A stretch of 25,009 nt of DNA from a virus (lineage: Duplodnaviria; Caudoviricetes), in IMG/VR virus record IMGVR_UViG_3300006641_000168, positions 1 to 25,009 of that record. One strand, written 5' to 3'. Numbering within the stretch: the stretch's first letter is position 1; each line of letters opens with the position of its first letter. Of the stretch, positions 15,728-23,335 are shown one piece after another. The notes below the pieces were generated by a model, which was not told the DNA's origin, did not search any database, and was given only the letters and a program-made list of their open reading frames with translations. The position numbers and the translations under genes are program-made.

Positions 15728-15973
15728 TCATGTGTCCCTCCCGCTGTCCCAGAACCAGTCCTCGTCGTGCGGTTCAGCTTGAGGCCATGGCTGTTCGTTC
15801 TTCTCGAGCTTCTCGAAATACTCTTTGAGGATTGCGTCGATGCGTGTGAAGTCAGCGGAGGGCACCCCGTTGAGTGCACCATTCCACTTCACCTGATCGA
15901 GATGAGGCGCAACGAGTGCGAGCAAATCGCGACCCTCTCTCATGCGCATCCATGCCGAGTTATCACGCATCAT
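15728..15973 (-). CDS. Hypothetical protein
   Basis: Start reassigned to MMRDNSAW to avoid a long overlap with the helicase. Confidence 0.5.
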   Translation of the reverse strand: MMRDNSAWMRMREGRDLLALVAPHLDQVKWNGALNGVPSADFTRIDAILKEYFEKLEKNEQPWPQAEPHDEDWFWDSGRDT

Positions 15974-16964
15974 TTGAACCACGATGGGCGCCCACCAGCG
16001 TTTGTCTTCTGGCCCAATCCGGGTAAAGACCGTGGTCAAGTTCAGCAAACCCTTCTTTTCGCGTGAGAGAGCTACTTCCGACTTTGTAACCGTACTCATA
16101 AGAATTCGTCCTCGGGTTGAACATGATGCGACCAATGAAGCGCGTGCATCCGCCGTTCATTCTGTTTTTGGGAATTCGAAAAAAGGTTTCGAAGCGACCG
16201 TCAGCCGTTCGTCCGCCGGGCGCGATTGTGACGATCTTGGTCGCGATCTTTGCGAGATCACTTGAGCCGTGGAACTCATCAATGCCGGGAACAAGGTCTT
16301 CGTTTGCGCGGTCACGCTTCCGCAGATGGGCAACGAGGATGATTGGTTTTTTCTGTTCAAGCGCCAGTGCCCGAACCGTCTTGGCCAGTTCTTTCAGCGC
16401 GCGGTTTTCGCCGCGGTCCTCATCAAGATCGAAATAATGCGCGTGGTCTATGATGAAGAGGTCCGACGAGTGCGAATTGAGCGAAACACTCTCGATCAGG
16501 TTTTCCAACGTGAACTGGTCGGCTTTGTAGTGAACGAAGAGGCCTGAATAAGCGCCCTTCATGAACTCGGTGGCTTGCCGCTCGTATTTCGCCAGAACGC
16601 CCAGCCAGTCGCCCAAAACCCAACGGTCATAGGTCAGGTGGCCCCCCAGGTGCGGACGCTCAGGATCGGCGAAATACGCGCTTGCGATGATTTGGTATTT
16701 CAGCCGGCGCTCGACCTCCCACTCCTCCGCTTCGAGCGCAACGAAGTGAACGCGCTTCCCGTCTGCGATGTTCTTGAGCGCGATGTTGCAGCAGAGCTGG
16801 GTCTTCCCCATGCCGCTCGGCGCGCCGACGAGCACGAGATCGCTCGGAGCAATCCCGAGAAGCGCGTCGTCAAGGAAATCAATCCCGAACTTACGCAAGT
16901 CTTTGCGTGCATCCTTCCTAGCCGCGGTTTCTTTTTCGGCGCCTTCGGCCGCTGATCTGAACAT
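15963..16964 (-). CDS. dnaB: DnaB-like (SF4) replicative helicase, C-terminal ATPase domain only
   Basis: Walker A GAPSGMGKT, FVALE, Walker B FIIDH, PIILVAHLRK, GSSDL, KNR. Confidence 0.88.
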   Translation of the reverse strand: MFRSAAEGAEKETAARKDARKDLRKFGIDFLDDALLGIAPSDLVLVGAPSGMGKTQLCCNIALKNIADGKRVHFVALEAEEWEVERRLKYQIIASAYFADPERPHLGGHLTYDRWVLGDWLGVLAKYERQATEFMKGAYSGLFVHYKADQFTLENLIESVSLNSHSSDLFIIDHAHYFDLDEDRGENRALKELAKTVRALALEQKKPIILVAHLRKRDRANEDLVPGIDEFHGSSDLAKIATKIVTIAPGGRTADGRFETFFRIPKNRMNGGCTRFIGRIMFNPRTNSYEYGYKVGSSSLTRKEGFAELDHGLYPDWARRQTLVGAHRGSNDA

Positions 16965-16967
16965 GAC

Positions 16968-17684
16968 CTAGTCCTCCACGATGTCTGAGTTTGCGGTTTT
17001 AGCGGTCGGTATTCCTGCCTGGTGTCGTGCCCACCCTCGATCGAACCATGACGCGAGCGTGCGCTTCCAACCGCCGATCGTCGTCGGGCATTTGCGCTTG
17101 TTGTCGGAGTAGTACACGAACGCTTTTTTCAGCTCTCGTTCGAGGTAGTCCGCGTCGGGATAGATCTCGCGTTGTGATCCCATCCATTCGCCGCCGAGTG
17201 CGAACCTGAGTTCTTCGGAGTTGGCGAAAGAAACAACCAGCTGCTTTCGAGCGCGTGGTTTACCACCGCCGAATGTATGTATGTCTGTATGTCTGTCTGT
17301 AGCGTTCGGATCACGTACAGAATCTGTACAGATTTTTCCGGTGGTCTGTACGGCGGTCTGTACGGTGCCCTGTTCGCCGGTCTGTACAGATGACCGTACG
17401 GCCCCGATCGCCTCAAGTTTCTCGATCGTTCGGATCAAGATCTCGGGCTCGATTTCACACACCCGATGAGCATGTGCGGGCACGATCGGAACCGTCGCCG
17501 AGTTCCTCTGAGATGCCTGACAGAAAATGTAAAGCGTCGCCTTGAGTTCGATCGGTTCGAAGTCCATGAAGTCTGGGTCTTCTAGAAACCGGTTGGAGAG
17601 TGCGAACCAAGTTGGGCGCTTATAGTCTTTGCGCGGGTTATGCTTTTCCCAATTGACCAGAGTTACCGTGAATCGCTTTGCCAT
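16968..17684 (-). CDS. Phage replication initiator protein
   Basis: NWEKHN...WF N-terminus, winged-HTH-like region, repetitive central linker carrying DNA iterons, helical C-terminal domain; directly upstream of the helicase. Confidence 0.7.
   Translation of the reverse strand: MAKRFTVTLVNWEKHNPRKDYKRPTWFALSNRFLEDPDFMDFEPIELKATLYIFCQASQRNSATVPIVPAHAHRVCEIEPEILIRTIEKLEAIGAVRSSVQTGEQGTVQTAVQTTGKICTDSVRDPNATDRHTDIHTFGGGKPRARKQLVVSFANSEELRFALGGEWMGSQREIYPDADYLERELKKAFVYYSDNKRKCPTTIGGWKRTLASWFDRGWARHQAGIPTAKTANSDIVED
17274..17401. repeat. Iteron array / putative replication origin within the initiator gene
   Basis: GGTCTGTAC(G/A)G units at a 12-bp period (17343, 17355, degenerate 17367, 17379), palindrome AATCTGTACAGATT (17321-17334) and TGT(A/C) tandem run (17274-17300). 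Confidence 0.65.
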
Positions 17685-17775
17685 GCTGAGTCCCCAAATT
17701 CATGATGCCGTCGTGATGAGAAGAGATGGAATGGGACTGCTATGGCGGAGCGAGCGATCGCGCGAGAGGCGAGTT

Positions 17776-17794
17776 TTCCCCGTGGTTTCCCCGT
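17776..17794. promoter_or_regulatory. Putative integrase arm-type binding sites (left of core)
   Basis: TTCCCCGTGGTTTCCCCGT tandem; 15/19 identical to 18020-18038 on the other side of the core. Confidence 0.45.
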
Positions 17795-17889
17795 CTAGCC
17801 CGGGAAACGTCCGTCAAAGTTGGTACTGATGCGTACAAAAAGCGGGCAGATTTGATCTTTTCGGGATGCCAGAAGAAATGTATTTGAGC

Positions 17890-17934
17890 TGGTGACCCGG
17901 GCCTGGATCGAACAGGCGACCTACAGTTTAGGAA
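17890..17934 (-). other. attP: 3' half of tRNA-Arg(CCT)
   Basis: Minus strand reads TTCCTAA-ACTGT-AGGTC-GCCTG-TTCGATC-CAGGC-CCGGGTC-A-CCA (anticodon loop, anticodon 3' strand, variable loop, T arm, acceptor strand, CCA). No 5' half upstream; 32 bp from the integrase stop. Confidence 0.88.
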
Positions 17935-17966
17935 GATATAATGCGGGCACAACGAGCGTCTATGAT

Positions 17967-19106
17967 TCATCTCTTGTTCCCGCCGCTTGCGCGCTTTAAT
18001 TTCCTGACAGGCAGCTCGATTACCCGTGTTTTACCCGCCTCTAGTTTCGCAGCAAGTACACGATCGAGACCTGCAAACTGCACTGATTCTTCAAGCCCGC
18101 GCACGTCATCAGCCTTGAACGAGACGTAATGGCGACGTTGAACCTCAATGCTCGCGCCGGCGAACTTCTCGCGTTGCGTATCGGTGAAATCTGCCCGCTT
18201 GTTTGCGTAATACTCGAACGTTGCCCGCAGATCGTGCGGGCGCAGGTCAGGAAGCCCCGCCTTACGTTTCATCACCCGCCATGGGTTATTAATCCCGGTC
18301 ATCGACATGTGTTCTTTGGGGGCGCCACGCTTCGGGAAGACCCAAGGGCTACCCTTTGCCGTCCCCGTCATCCGCTCGCGCAGCAAGGCCGCTACAAACG
18401 CATTTAACGGGATCTCTCGACCACGCCTGGTTCGGCTTGTTCCGCGCTCAATGACGAGGAAGTTTTCATCCAAGAAGACCGACTTCTGCTTCAGGCGAAT
18501 TGATTCCGACCAGCGAACGCCCATGAACAGGTATAGCGAGACAAACAGTAAGAGCGTCCCGCTTGAGTTCGTCAGCACGCGGCCTATCTCATCGGGCGTG
18601 AGGATCATTCGCACCCGGCGTTCAACCTTTGGTATTGGAAGGATCGGCAGCGTTTGGAGATAGCCTTTGATTTTGCACGAGGTCAGGAAGTGCTTAAGAA
18701 CCTTCCGGTGATTTGTGAGGTCAAGGTCTTTAGTGTCGCAGTACCGCGACCACAGCGGATCGTTCACCTCTGCAAGGCGCTTAGTTCCGAACGCTTTGAA
18801 CAAGTGAAGTTCCCAAATGTCTTTGGTCTCTTTGAACGTGCCGGGACTGATCTGACGTCGACCCGGGACCTTCCCCAGCATCTCGGCTTCGCGCTCGGCG
18901 AGGTATTCTTCAAACAGCGGCGCGACCCGAAGCTGATGAGCCATCAGGCCGTCGCCGCGTAGCTTTGCTTCGAAGTGCCGCTTGTATTCGATCGCCTTCT
19001 TCTCGGTCGGATACTCGCCAAGTGAACGCTCAAAGTCTCCGCGTCGGTACCAATACGCATTGCCAACGCGGTATAAGTTTTTCTCGGAGGTCTTCTCGCG
19101 TCTCAC
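17967..19106 (-). CDS. int: Tyrosine recombinase / integrase
   Basis: GVRWSE (Arg I), HDLR (HxxR), RRHY (Tyr); N-terminal arm-binding-like domain. GTG 19106 overlaps the xis-like stop (GTGA); the ORF is open from 19136. Confidence 0.9.
   Translation of the reverse strand: MRREKTSEKNLYRVGNAYWYRRGDFERSLGEYPTEKKAIEYKRHFEAKLRGDGLMAHQLRVAPLFEEYLAEREAEMLGKVPGRRQISPGTFKETKDIWELHLFKAFGTKRLAEVNDPLWSRYCDTKDLDLTNHRKVLKHFLTSCKIKGYLQTLPILPIPKVERRVRMILTPDEIGRVLTNSSGTLLLFVSLYLFMGVRWSESIRLKQKSVFLDENFLVIERGTSRTRRGREIPLNAFVAALLRERMTGTAKGSPWVFPKRGAPKEHMSMTGINNPWRVMKRKAGLPDLRPHDLRATFEYYANKRADFTDTQREKFAGASIEVQRRHYVSFKADDVRGLEESVQFAGLDRVLAAKLEAGKTRVIELPVRKLKRASGGNKR
18020..18038. promoter_or_regulatory. Putative integrase arm-type binding sites (right of core, within the int 3' end)
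   Basis: TTACCCGTGTTTTACCCGC tandem, similar to 17776-17794. Confidence 0.4.
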
Positions 19107-19324
19107 GAGCACTTCTTTCTTCGCACTTCGTTCCAATCAACAAGTGCCATGTGCCGGGGGCCGTACCGATTGATCTGCTTTTGGCTGATCCATTTGTGCA
19201 TCGTCTGCTTTTTGTATGGCGGCTCTGGAAGTCGATACAGCTCCTGAATGCGTTTCACACACTCATCGATCGTGATGAGCTCCAGGCTCTCGAGTTCCTT
19301 TGCTCTTGTCGCGAATTTCTTCAT
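19103..19324 (-). CDS. Excisionase-like small DNA-binding protein
   Basis: 73 aa, basic; LITIDEC...KQTMHKWISQKQI...ALVDWNEV resembles the Xis/MerR-type winged HTH; directly upstream of int; SD GAGGAG. Confidence 0.6.
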   Translation of the reverse strand: MKKFATRAKELESLELITIDECVKRIQELYRLPEPPYKKQTMHKWISQKQINRYGPRHMALVDWNEVRRKKCS

Positions 19325-19425
19325 TTGCTCCTCGCTTTGATCGCGTTTACCGGCGCCCATCCCGCGTGTACAGACAGAAACTTTTTCTTCCAAATTCGGT
19401 TGAACGCCCTACCGTGCCCTACCAT
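19321..19425 (-). CDS. 34-aa mini-ORF
   Basis: MVGHGRAFNRIWKKKFLSVHAGWAPVNAIKARSK; TAATG and ATGA overlaps. Confidence 0.3.
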   Translation of the reverse strand: MVGHGRAFNRIWKKKFLSVHAGWAPVNAIKARSK

Positions 19426-19502
19426 TACTTACCGACGCTAACCGTGCGAATCCGCGAGAACAGATTCTTCGCACAATTGAAAGTAGTTTTCGTTTCCCCC
19501 AT
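19425..19502 (-). CDS. 25-aa mini-ORF
   Basis: MGETKTTFNCAKNLFSRIRTVSVGK behind a strong GGAGGAG. Confidence 0.35.
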   Translation of the reverse strand: MGETKTTFNCAKNLFSRIRTVSVGK

Positions 19503-19515
19503 CACTCCTCCAAAG

Positions 19516-19677
19516 TTGAGGCGTCCGGTTCGCTACGCCGGCCCTGAGATTTCAACGAGCCCGCAGCATTACCTGTTAGTGGCACTCAGACTTTACGCGT
19601 GTGCGTGTCTCCAGTGGTCTTCCGTATTCGGGCACGCAGCCCTAGTCCCGCCACAGCTTCCCACGCCGCCGCCTCAA
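19516..19677 (-). ncRNA. Putative expanded-cloverleaf (tRNA-like) structured RNA
   Basis: Closing stem TTGAGGCG/CGCCTCAA; arms GCGTG/CACGC, CTGAG/CTCAG and CCGG-CGTAGCGAA-CCGG; intergenic. Confidence 0.55.
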
Positions 19678-19779
19678 TGAAGCCATCCATTTCCTCGGGG
19701 ATGACGCCGTCATGTAGCAACGTCGACCGAATTGGACTCGCGAAAGCCAGCGTGTTCGCGCACGCCGGATGGCTTCATT
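19676..19779 (-). ncRNA. Second putative structured RNA domain
   Basis: Perfect 13-bp closing stem AATGAAGCCATCC/GGATGGCTTCATT enclosing the hairpin GGCGTG-CGCGAA-CACGCT. Confidence 0.5.
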
Positions 19780-19821
19780 CAGGCGCCCGATGCGCTCGGG
19801 CTGGCGTGCATATTTATGCAG

Positions 19822-20601
19822 TCACTGCTTCATCGAACGGAGATCGATGAACGGAGTCGTCTGACTGCCGAACATGTACTGCGGCAGTCTGCCATCCCAT
19901 TTCTGTACAGCTTCAAATTCGACGAGCCCTTTGTTCTGCGAGAGCGCCTGGGACTTGATCCGCATCGACTCCGCATCGGCCTCGGCGGTCTTTACTTTTT
20001 GCTTCGCTTCTTCTTCAATCCGTACCGTTTCGTTCTTGGCGCGCTGAGCATCTTGGATTGCAACGACCTTCTGCTCGACCGCCTGCTCATATGCGTCGTC
20101 GAAGTCTAAATTTGTGAATTGAAGGTCAGTTACGATCACGCTGCGTGCCTTGAGGTTTTCTTGAACTTCTCGAAGCGCTTCCTTGGTCACGAGTTCGCGT
20201 TTCGAGACCAGCTCGTCTGCGATGACTTGCCCAATCGCGTCCTTGATAGATCCGAGGACGACGGGACGAATGATCTTCTCTGCAAGCTCATAGTCCAGTC
20301 CAACTTCGCGATACAAATTATGGACCTGCTTCGGGTCAGGATAGAATACGACCGCGAACTCGATATCAACCCGCTGAGTGTCCTTGGTGAAAATGGCCGT
20401 TTTGTCGGCCCATTTCTCTTCGCGAACGGCATATTCGCGAATGCCTGACGTTACCGGGTTGTAGAAGTGCATGCCTTCGGGCAGCGGCTCGCCGACGACC
20501 TCGCCGAAGCGGGTCTTAATTCCGCGATGGCCAGTGTCAACGATCTCGAAGCCACATGCGGTTAAATTCAACGCAAGCATTCCCAGCAGAAGCATTCTCA
20601 T
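19822..20601 (-). CDS. SPFH/band 7 (prohibitin-like) lipoprotein
   Basis: Lipobox LTAC, VDTGHRGIKTRFG, EGMHFYNP, TKDTQ, AVEQKVVA coiled coil, KWDGRLP. Confidence 0.92.
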   Translation of the reverse strand: MRMLLLGMLALNLTACGFEIVDTGHRGIKTRFGEVVGEPLPEGMHFYNPVTSGIREYAVREEKWADKTAIFTKDTQRVDIEFAVVFYPDPKQVHNLYREVGLDYELAEKIIRPVVLGSIKDAIGQVIADELVSKRELVTKEALREVQENLKARSVIVTDLQFTNLDFDDAYEQAVEQKVVAIQDAQRAKNETVRIEEEAKQKVKTAEADAESMRIKSQALSQNKGLVEFEAVQKWDGRLPQYMFGSQTTPFIDLRSMKQ

Positions 20602-20690
20602 TTGCGGTCCCCCTTTTTGTATTCCAAAAGCTGTTTAATCACGTACCCCGTTAGAATCATGAAGCTGATTACCACTACCGCGCCGGTCAT
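20598..20690 (-). CDS. 30-aa single-TM peptide
   Basis: Manually found MTGAVVVISFMILTGYVIKQLLEYKKGDRK; ATGA overlaps at both ends; SD GGAGG. Confidence 0.5.
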   Translation of the reverse strand: MTGAVVVISFMILTGYVIKQLLEYKKGDRK

Positions 20691-20992
20691 GCTGCTCCTC
20701 CCGGACCGTCCGGGTCCTCACAAGATGTCCATTGCCTTCGTAAATTTCGTTTCTGTCGCGCTTGCTCCAATTTGATCTCTTCCGCACTCGGCATTCGCCC
20801 CATGTCGGCCGCCCACGTAATGATGTCCGTGAATGTCGGAGGGTTTGCATCGAGCTCCGCCGTTCGATCTTTGGAAAAGTTCGACACGATCTCGCCCGTA
20901 TCAATACACACCCGTTCAACCAGTGGGCTTGGGTTCGTTTTCCGGGACCTGTTTATAAACATCGTTATCAACTTCTTTATAAACATCCCCAT
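20687..20992 (-). CDS. Hypothetical protein
   Basis: Start uncertain (20992 or 20962); stop coupled to the next ATG. Confidence 0.45.
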   Translation of the reverse strand: MGMFIKKLITMFINRSRKTNPSPLVERVCIDTGEIVSNFSKDRTAELDANPPTFTDIITWAADMGRMPSAEEIKLEQARQKRNLRRQWTSCEDPDGPGGAA

Positions 20993-21200
20993 GTTGCTTA
21001 ACCCCCTCGATGACCTTCTCAAGAAGCTCCAATGCATTTCGCATGTCGTTGATGTATTCAGCGCGGTGTTCTGGCGGCGAGCGTTCAAGACAGTTCAGCG
21101 AGACCTGAAGTTTGCCGACAGTGAACTCGGCGGCCCCCGTAAGCCTGCCAAGGCGCTTTGACACATCCATCAATGGATCAAGATCCATCACACCGATCAT
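20916..21200 (-). CDS. Hypothetical helical protein
   Basis: Start reassigned to MIGVMDL (ATGA overlap with the 21197 stop). Confidence 0.5.
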   Translation of the reverse strand: MIGVMDLDPLMDVSKRLGRLTGAAEFTVGKLQVSLNCLERSPPEHRAEYINDMRNALELLEKVIEGVKQHGDVYKEVDNDVYKQVPENEPKPTG

Positions 21201-21448
21201 CCCACTTCTCCTGTTGGCAAATACTCGCGGCACCTTGGCTGCTCGCACTCACGCTTGTACGACTCCGCGATCTCATCTTCGAACTCATCAAGCTCGAGCT
21301 TCCGGAACGTCTGTGTTACGTCTACTTTGCCCCTGTACAAAACCCGAACGCTTCCAACACTCACCCTTCCGTCCTGATCACTGACCTGCCCGCGCAAGAT
21401 CAGATTCGTGTCGAAGCGATATTCGCAATCGTGAATATGAACGCTCAC
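21197..21448 (-). CDS. Hypothetical protein
   Basis: GTG start (VSVHIHD) behind GGAGG, GTGA-coupled. Confidence 0.55.
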   Translation of the reverse strand: MSVHIHDCEYRFDTNLILRGQVSDQDGRVSVGSVRVLYRGKVDVTQTFRKLELDEFEDEIAESYKRECEQPRCREYLPTGEVG

Positions 21449-21621
21449 GGCGCCTCCACGTAAACTTTGTTGCCCACGATTCGCACGCGCACCGGATGCT
21501 TCATGTTGCAGCGGAGCTCTTGCTTCACCGACTCCACAGTCACCGTCTGAATCTTCGAGAGATCGAGACTGCACGAGGGCAGAACAACGCCGCCGATTGC
21601 GAGGGCCGCGACAGAGGTCAT
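21445..21621 (-). CDS. 58-aa hypothetical protein
   Basis: Manually found MTSVAALAIGGVVLPSCSLD...VYVEAP; coupled at both ends. Confidence 0.5.
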   Translation of the reverse strand: MTSVAALAIGGVVLPSCSLDLSKIQTVTVESVKQELRCNMKHPVRVRIVGNKVYVEAP

Positions 21622-21860
21622 GCCGGCACCGCCGCGAGAAACTCAGTGAACATCTTGGTCAGCTGCTCGTGGTCATAGCTCGACAGGTCGCCAGCGTGCA
21701 TGATCGGCCCCTCGTCCCCGTGCCACGTCTGCGTGTAGATCACTGCGTTCGCGAGCATGTCGTCGACGTCCGCGCCACGTGATTCAATCGAGTGCACGCT
21801 GAGCGTGTCGTCGTTCGTAAGCGTCCAGTTGTGGAAATGGCGATCGAATGTGCGCCTCAA
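21618..21860 (-). CDS. Hypothetical protein
   Basis: 80 aa; TTG start overlapping the SSB stop, SD GAGGAG. Confidence 0.55.
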   Translation of the reverse strand: MRRTFDRHFHNWTLTNDDTLSVHSIESRGADVDDMLANAVIYTQTWHGDEGPIMHAGDLSSYDHEQLTKMFTEFLAAVPA

Positions 21861-22351
21861 AACGGAATCTCCTCGTCAGAATCAAACGGGTTGAGCTTCC
21901 CCTCGGGCGTCTCGTCGTCACGCTTGCCGTGCTCAAGCGGCTGGAGCGCGACCGCATCAATTTGCGCCGACATTTCCTTGGTGAGCTTTTGCTTCATGCT
22001 GGGAATGATCGAATAGGTCGTATTCGTGCCCGTGCCGCTGCGAGTGATCTTGACGATAGCCTTCTCAAGGTCGCACTCCTCGTGAAGCTCTTTGAGCAGG
22101 TTGTAGACGGTCGCGCCCTGCTCAAATACTTTGGCCACGTATACGCCGTTTTCACTCAACACGAAGTTGATGCGGAAGCGGAAGCTTGCCTTTGGTGTCG
22201 ACTCGTCAACGATATGCGATTTGTTGTCTTTCCAAACGACATAGAATTCGTGGGGCATGCCGCGGAACACGCCAACGACAGACTCTTTATCTTTGAGCTT
22301 CAGGAAATTCTTTGAACCACCGCCAATAGACGGGCTTGATTTAAACTGCAT
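21857..22351 (-). CDS. Single-stranded DNA-binding protein (phage type)
   Basis: Start MQFKSSP; FLKLKDKESV, ITRSGTGTNTTYSI and acidic tail DSDEEIPF; adjacent to the exonuclease. Confidence 0.75.
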   Translation of the reverse strand: MQFKSSPSIGGGSKNFLKLKDKESVVGVFRGMPHEFYVVWKDNKSHIVDESTPKASFRFRINFVLSENGVYVAKVFEQGATVYNLLKELHEECDLEKAIVKITRSGTGTNTTYSIIPSMKQKLTKEMSAQIDAVALQPLEHGKRDDETPEGKLNPFDSDEEIPF

Positions 22352-23255
22352 CTTTCTTCTCCGTTTCACCGAATACGTATTGAGGGGACTTGTTTCCCCA
22401 CTGATCTGATTTCCAATCGACTTCAAACTTGCCGTGGCACGACTCAAGGTATGGGCAATAACTGCAAGGAAACTTCGCAACGAGTCTGCCCGTGGGCTTC
22501 TTGCGGAATGTTTCTTCGACAAGCGGATGAGGCGCTGGAATGTGCTCGTCGCTATTTGCCTGGCGAAACTCTTTCACGACCGTGTGTGCAATTGCATCGT
22601 CATACTGAAATACGCCATCCCAGAGATGGCCCGTCTCTTTGCGAAGGTAGAAGAATCGCACGGTCTCGATGTTGAGCGCGCGGCACTCGTCAGTCAGCAT
22701 GAGCGTATGCGACTGCTTCAGATAGTCGTCCGGACCCTCGTCTTGAAACGCCTTAAAGCCCCAGTTCGCAGCCGACTTGCACTCGATCAACTCCCACTTG
22801 CCATCAGAATTACGCTTGCCGAATCCATCTGCGTGGCCAGTGATCTTTACGCCATCAAGCTCAAAACTCATGGTCTTTTGAACGTAGAGATCGATTGGCT
22901 TTCCTTGAAACTGAAATGTGCCAATCACATCGCCAAAGTCCACTTCGCTGTAGAGCTTGCCCGGGCCCACGCACGCTTGCTTGATGAAGTAGAGCATCGT
23001 GCGCTCGGACAAGTCGCCAAGCAGAAAGTTGACCATTTTGCGTGGGGTGAGCGGTGTTTCGGGAGCACCCATGCGCTTGAGCTGCCGACGCTTCACGCAC
23101 ATCGTTGCCGACGAAGCGCGATTGATATTCTTGTCGTCCTTGCGTTCAAGGTATTCCGCGATGAACTGATAAATCTGCAGCGTTGCAGACGGAATACTCA
23201 AATCCGCCTTGTCCTCGAACGCGGCGAAGGGATTTGCGACCAATTGACCCGTCAC
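22341..23255 (-). CDS. PD-(D/E)xK exonuclease (Cas4/RecB-like, Fe-S cysteines)
   Basis: RASSATMC, GHADG...LIECKS, YLKQSHTL, C-terminal CSYCPYLESC; probable GTG start behind GAGGTG. Confidence 0.85.
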   Translation of the reverse strand: MTGQLVANPFAAFEDKADLSIPSATLQIYQFIAEYLERKDDKNINRASSATMCVKRRQLKRMGAPETPLTPRKMVNFLLGDLSERTMLYFIKQACVGPGKLYSEVDFGDVIGTFQFQGKPIDLYVQKTMSFELDGVKITGHADGFGKRNSDGKWELIECKSAANWGFKAFQDEGPDDYLKQSHTLMLTDECRALNIETVRFFYLRKETGHLWDGVFQYDDAIAHTVVKEFRQANSDEHIPAPHPLVEETFRKKPTGRLVAKFPCSYCPYLESCHGKFEVDWKSDQWGNKSPQYVFGETEKKDAV

Positions 23256-23335
23256 ACGCACCTCGGTAAAAGATAGCGCCCGACCGCAGTGCAACCTGCG
23301 GCCAGGCAAACCACCCAAGCTTTCAAGGAGCTCAG

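Noticed and set aside
17274-17401. CRISPR-like or VNTR repeat
   Set aside because: Units are 12 bp without unique spacers and lie in frame within the initiator gene; better explained as iterons.
17836-17870. Intrinsic terminator downstream of the tRNA fragment
   Set aside because: Only a weak GGCA/TGCC stem precedes the T-run on the minus strand; not convincing without folding calculations.
17890-17966. Complete tRNA-Arg gene
   Set aside because: Sequence upstream of the anticodon loop cannot form the anticodon stem, D arm or acceptor 5' strand; only the 3' half is present, so it was called attP.
17740-17970. 76-aa minus-strand ORF after int
   Set aside because: Runs through the attP core and arm sites and has atypical composition. 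The ATGA overlap with int was noted but is insufficient.
20952-20987. Direct repeat TTTATAAACATC x2 (24-bp period)
   Set aside because: Coincides with a duplicated peptide (DVYKE/DVYKQ) in a gene overlap; no evidence of a regulatory role.
22341-23255. CRISPR-associated Cas4 / CRISPR system
   Set aside because: No cas1/cas2 or repeat-spacer array seen; adjacency to SSB fits a phage recombination exonuclease.
22434-23276. 280-aa plus-strand ORF
   Set aside because: Antisense shadow of the exonuclease gene; no motifs or SD.
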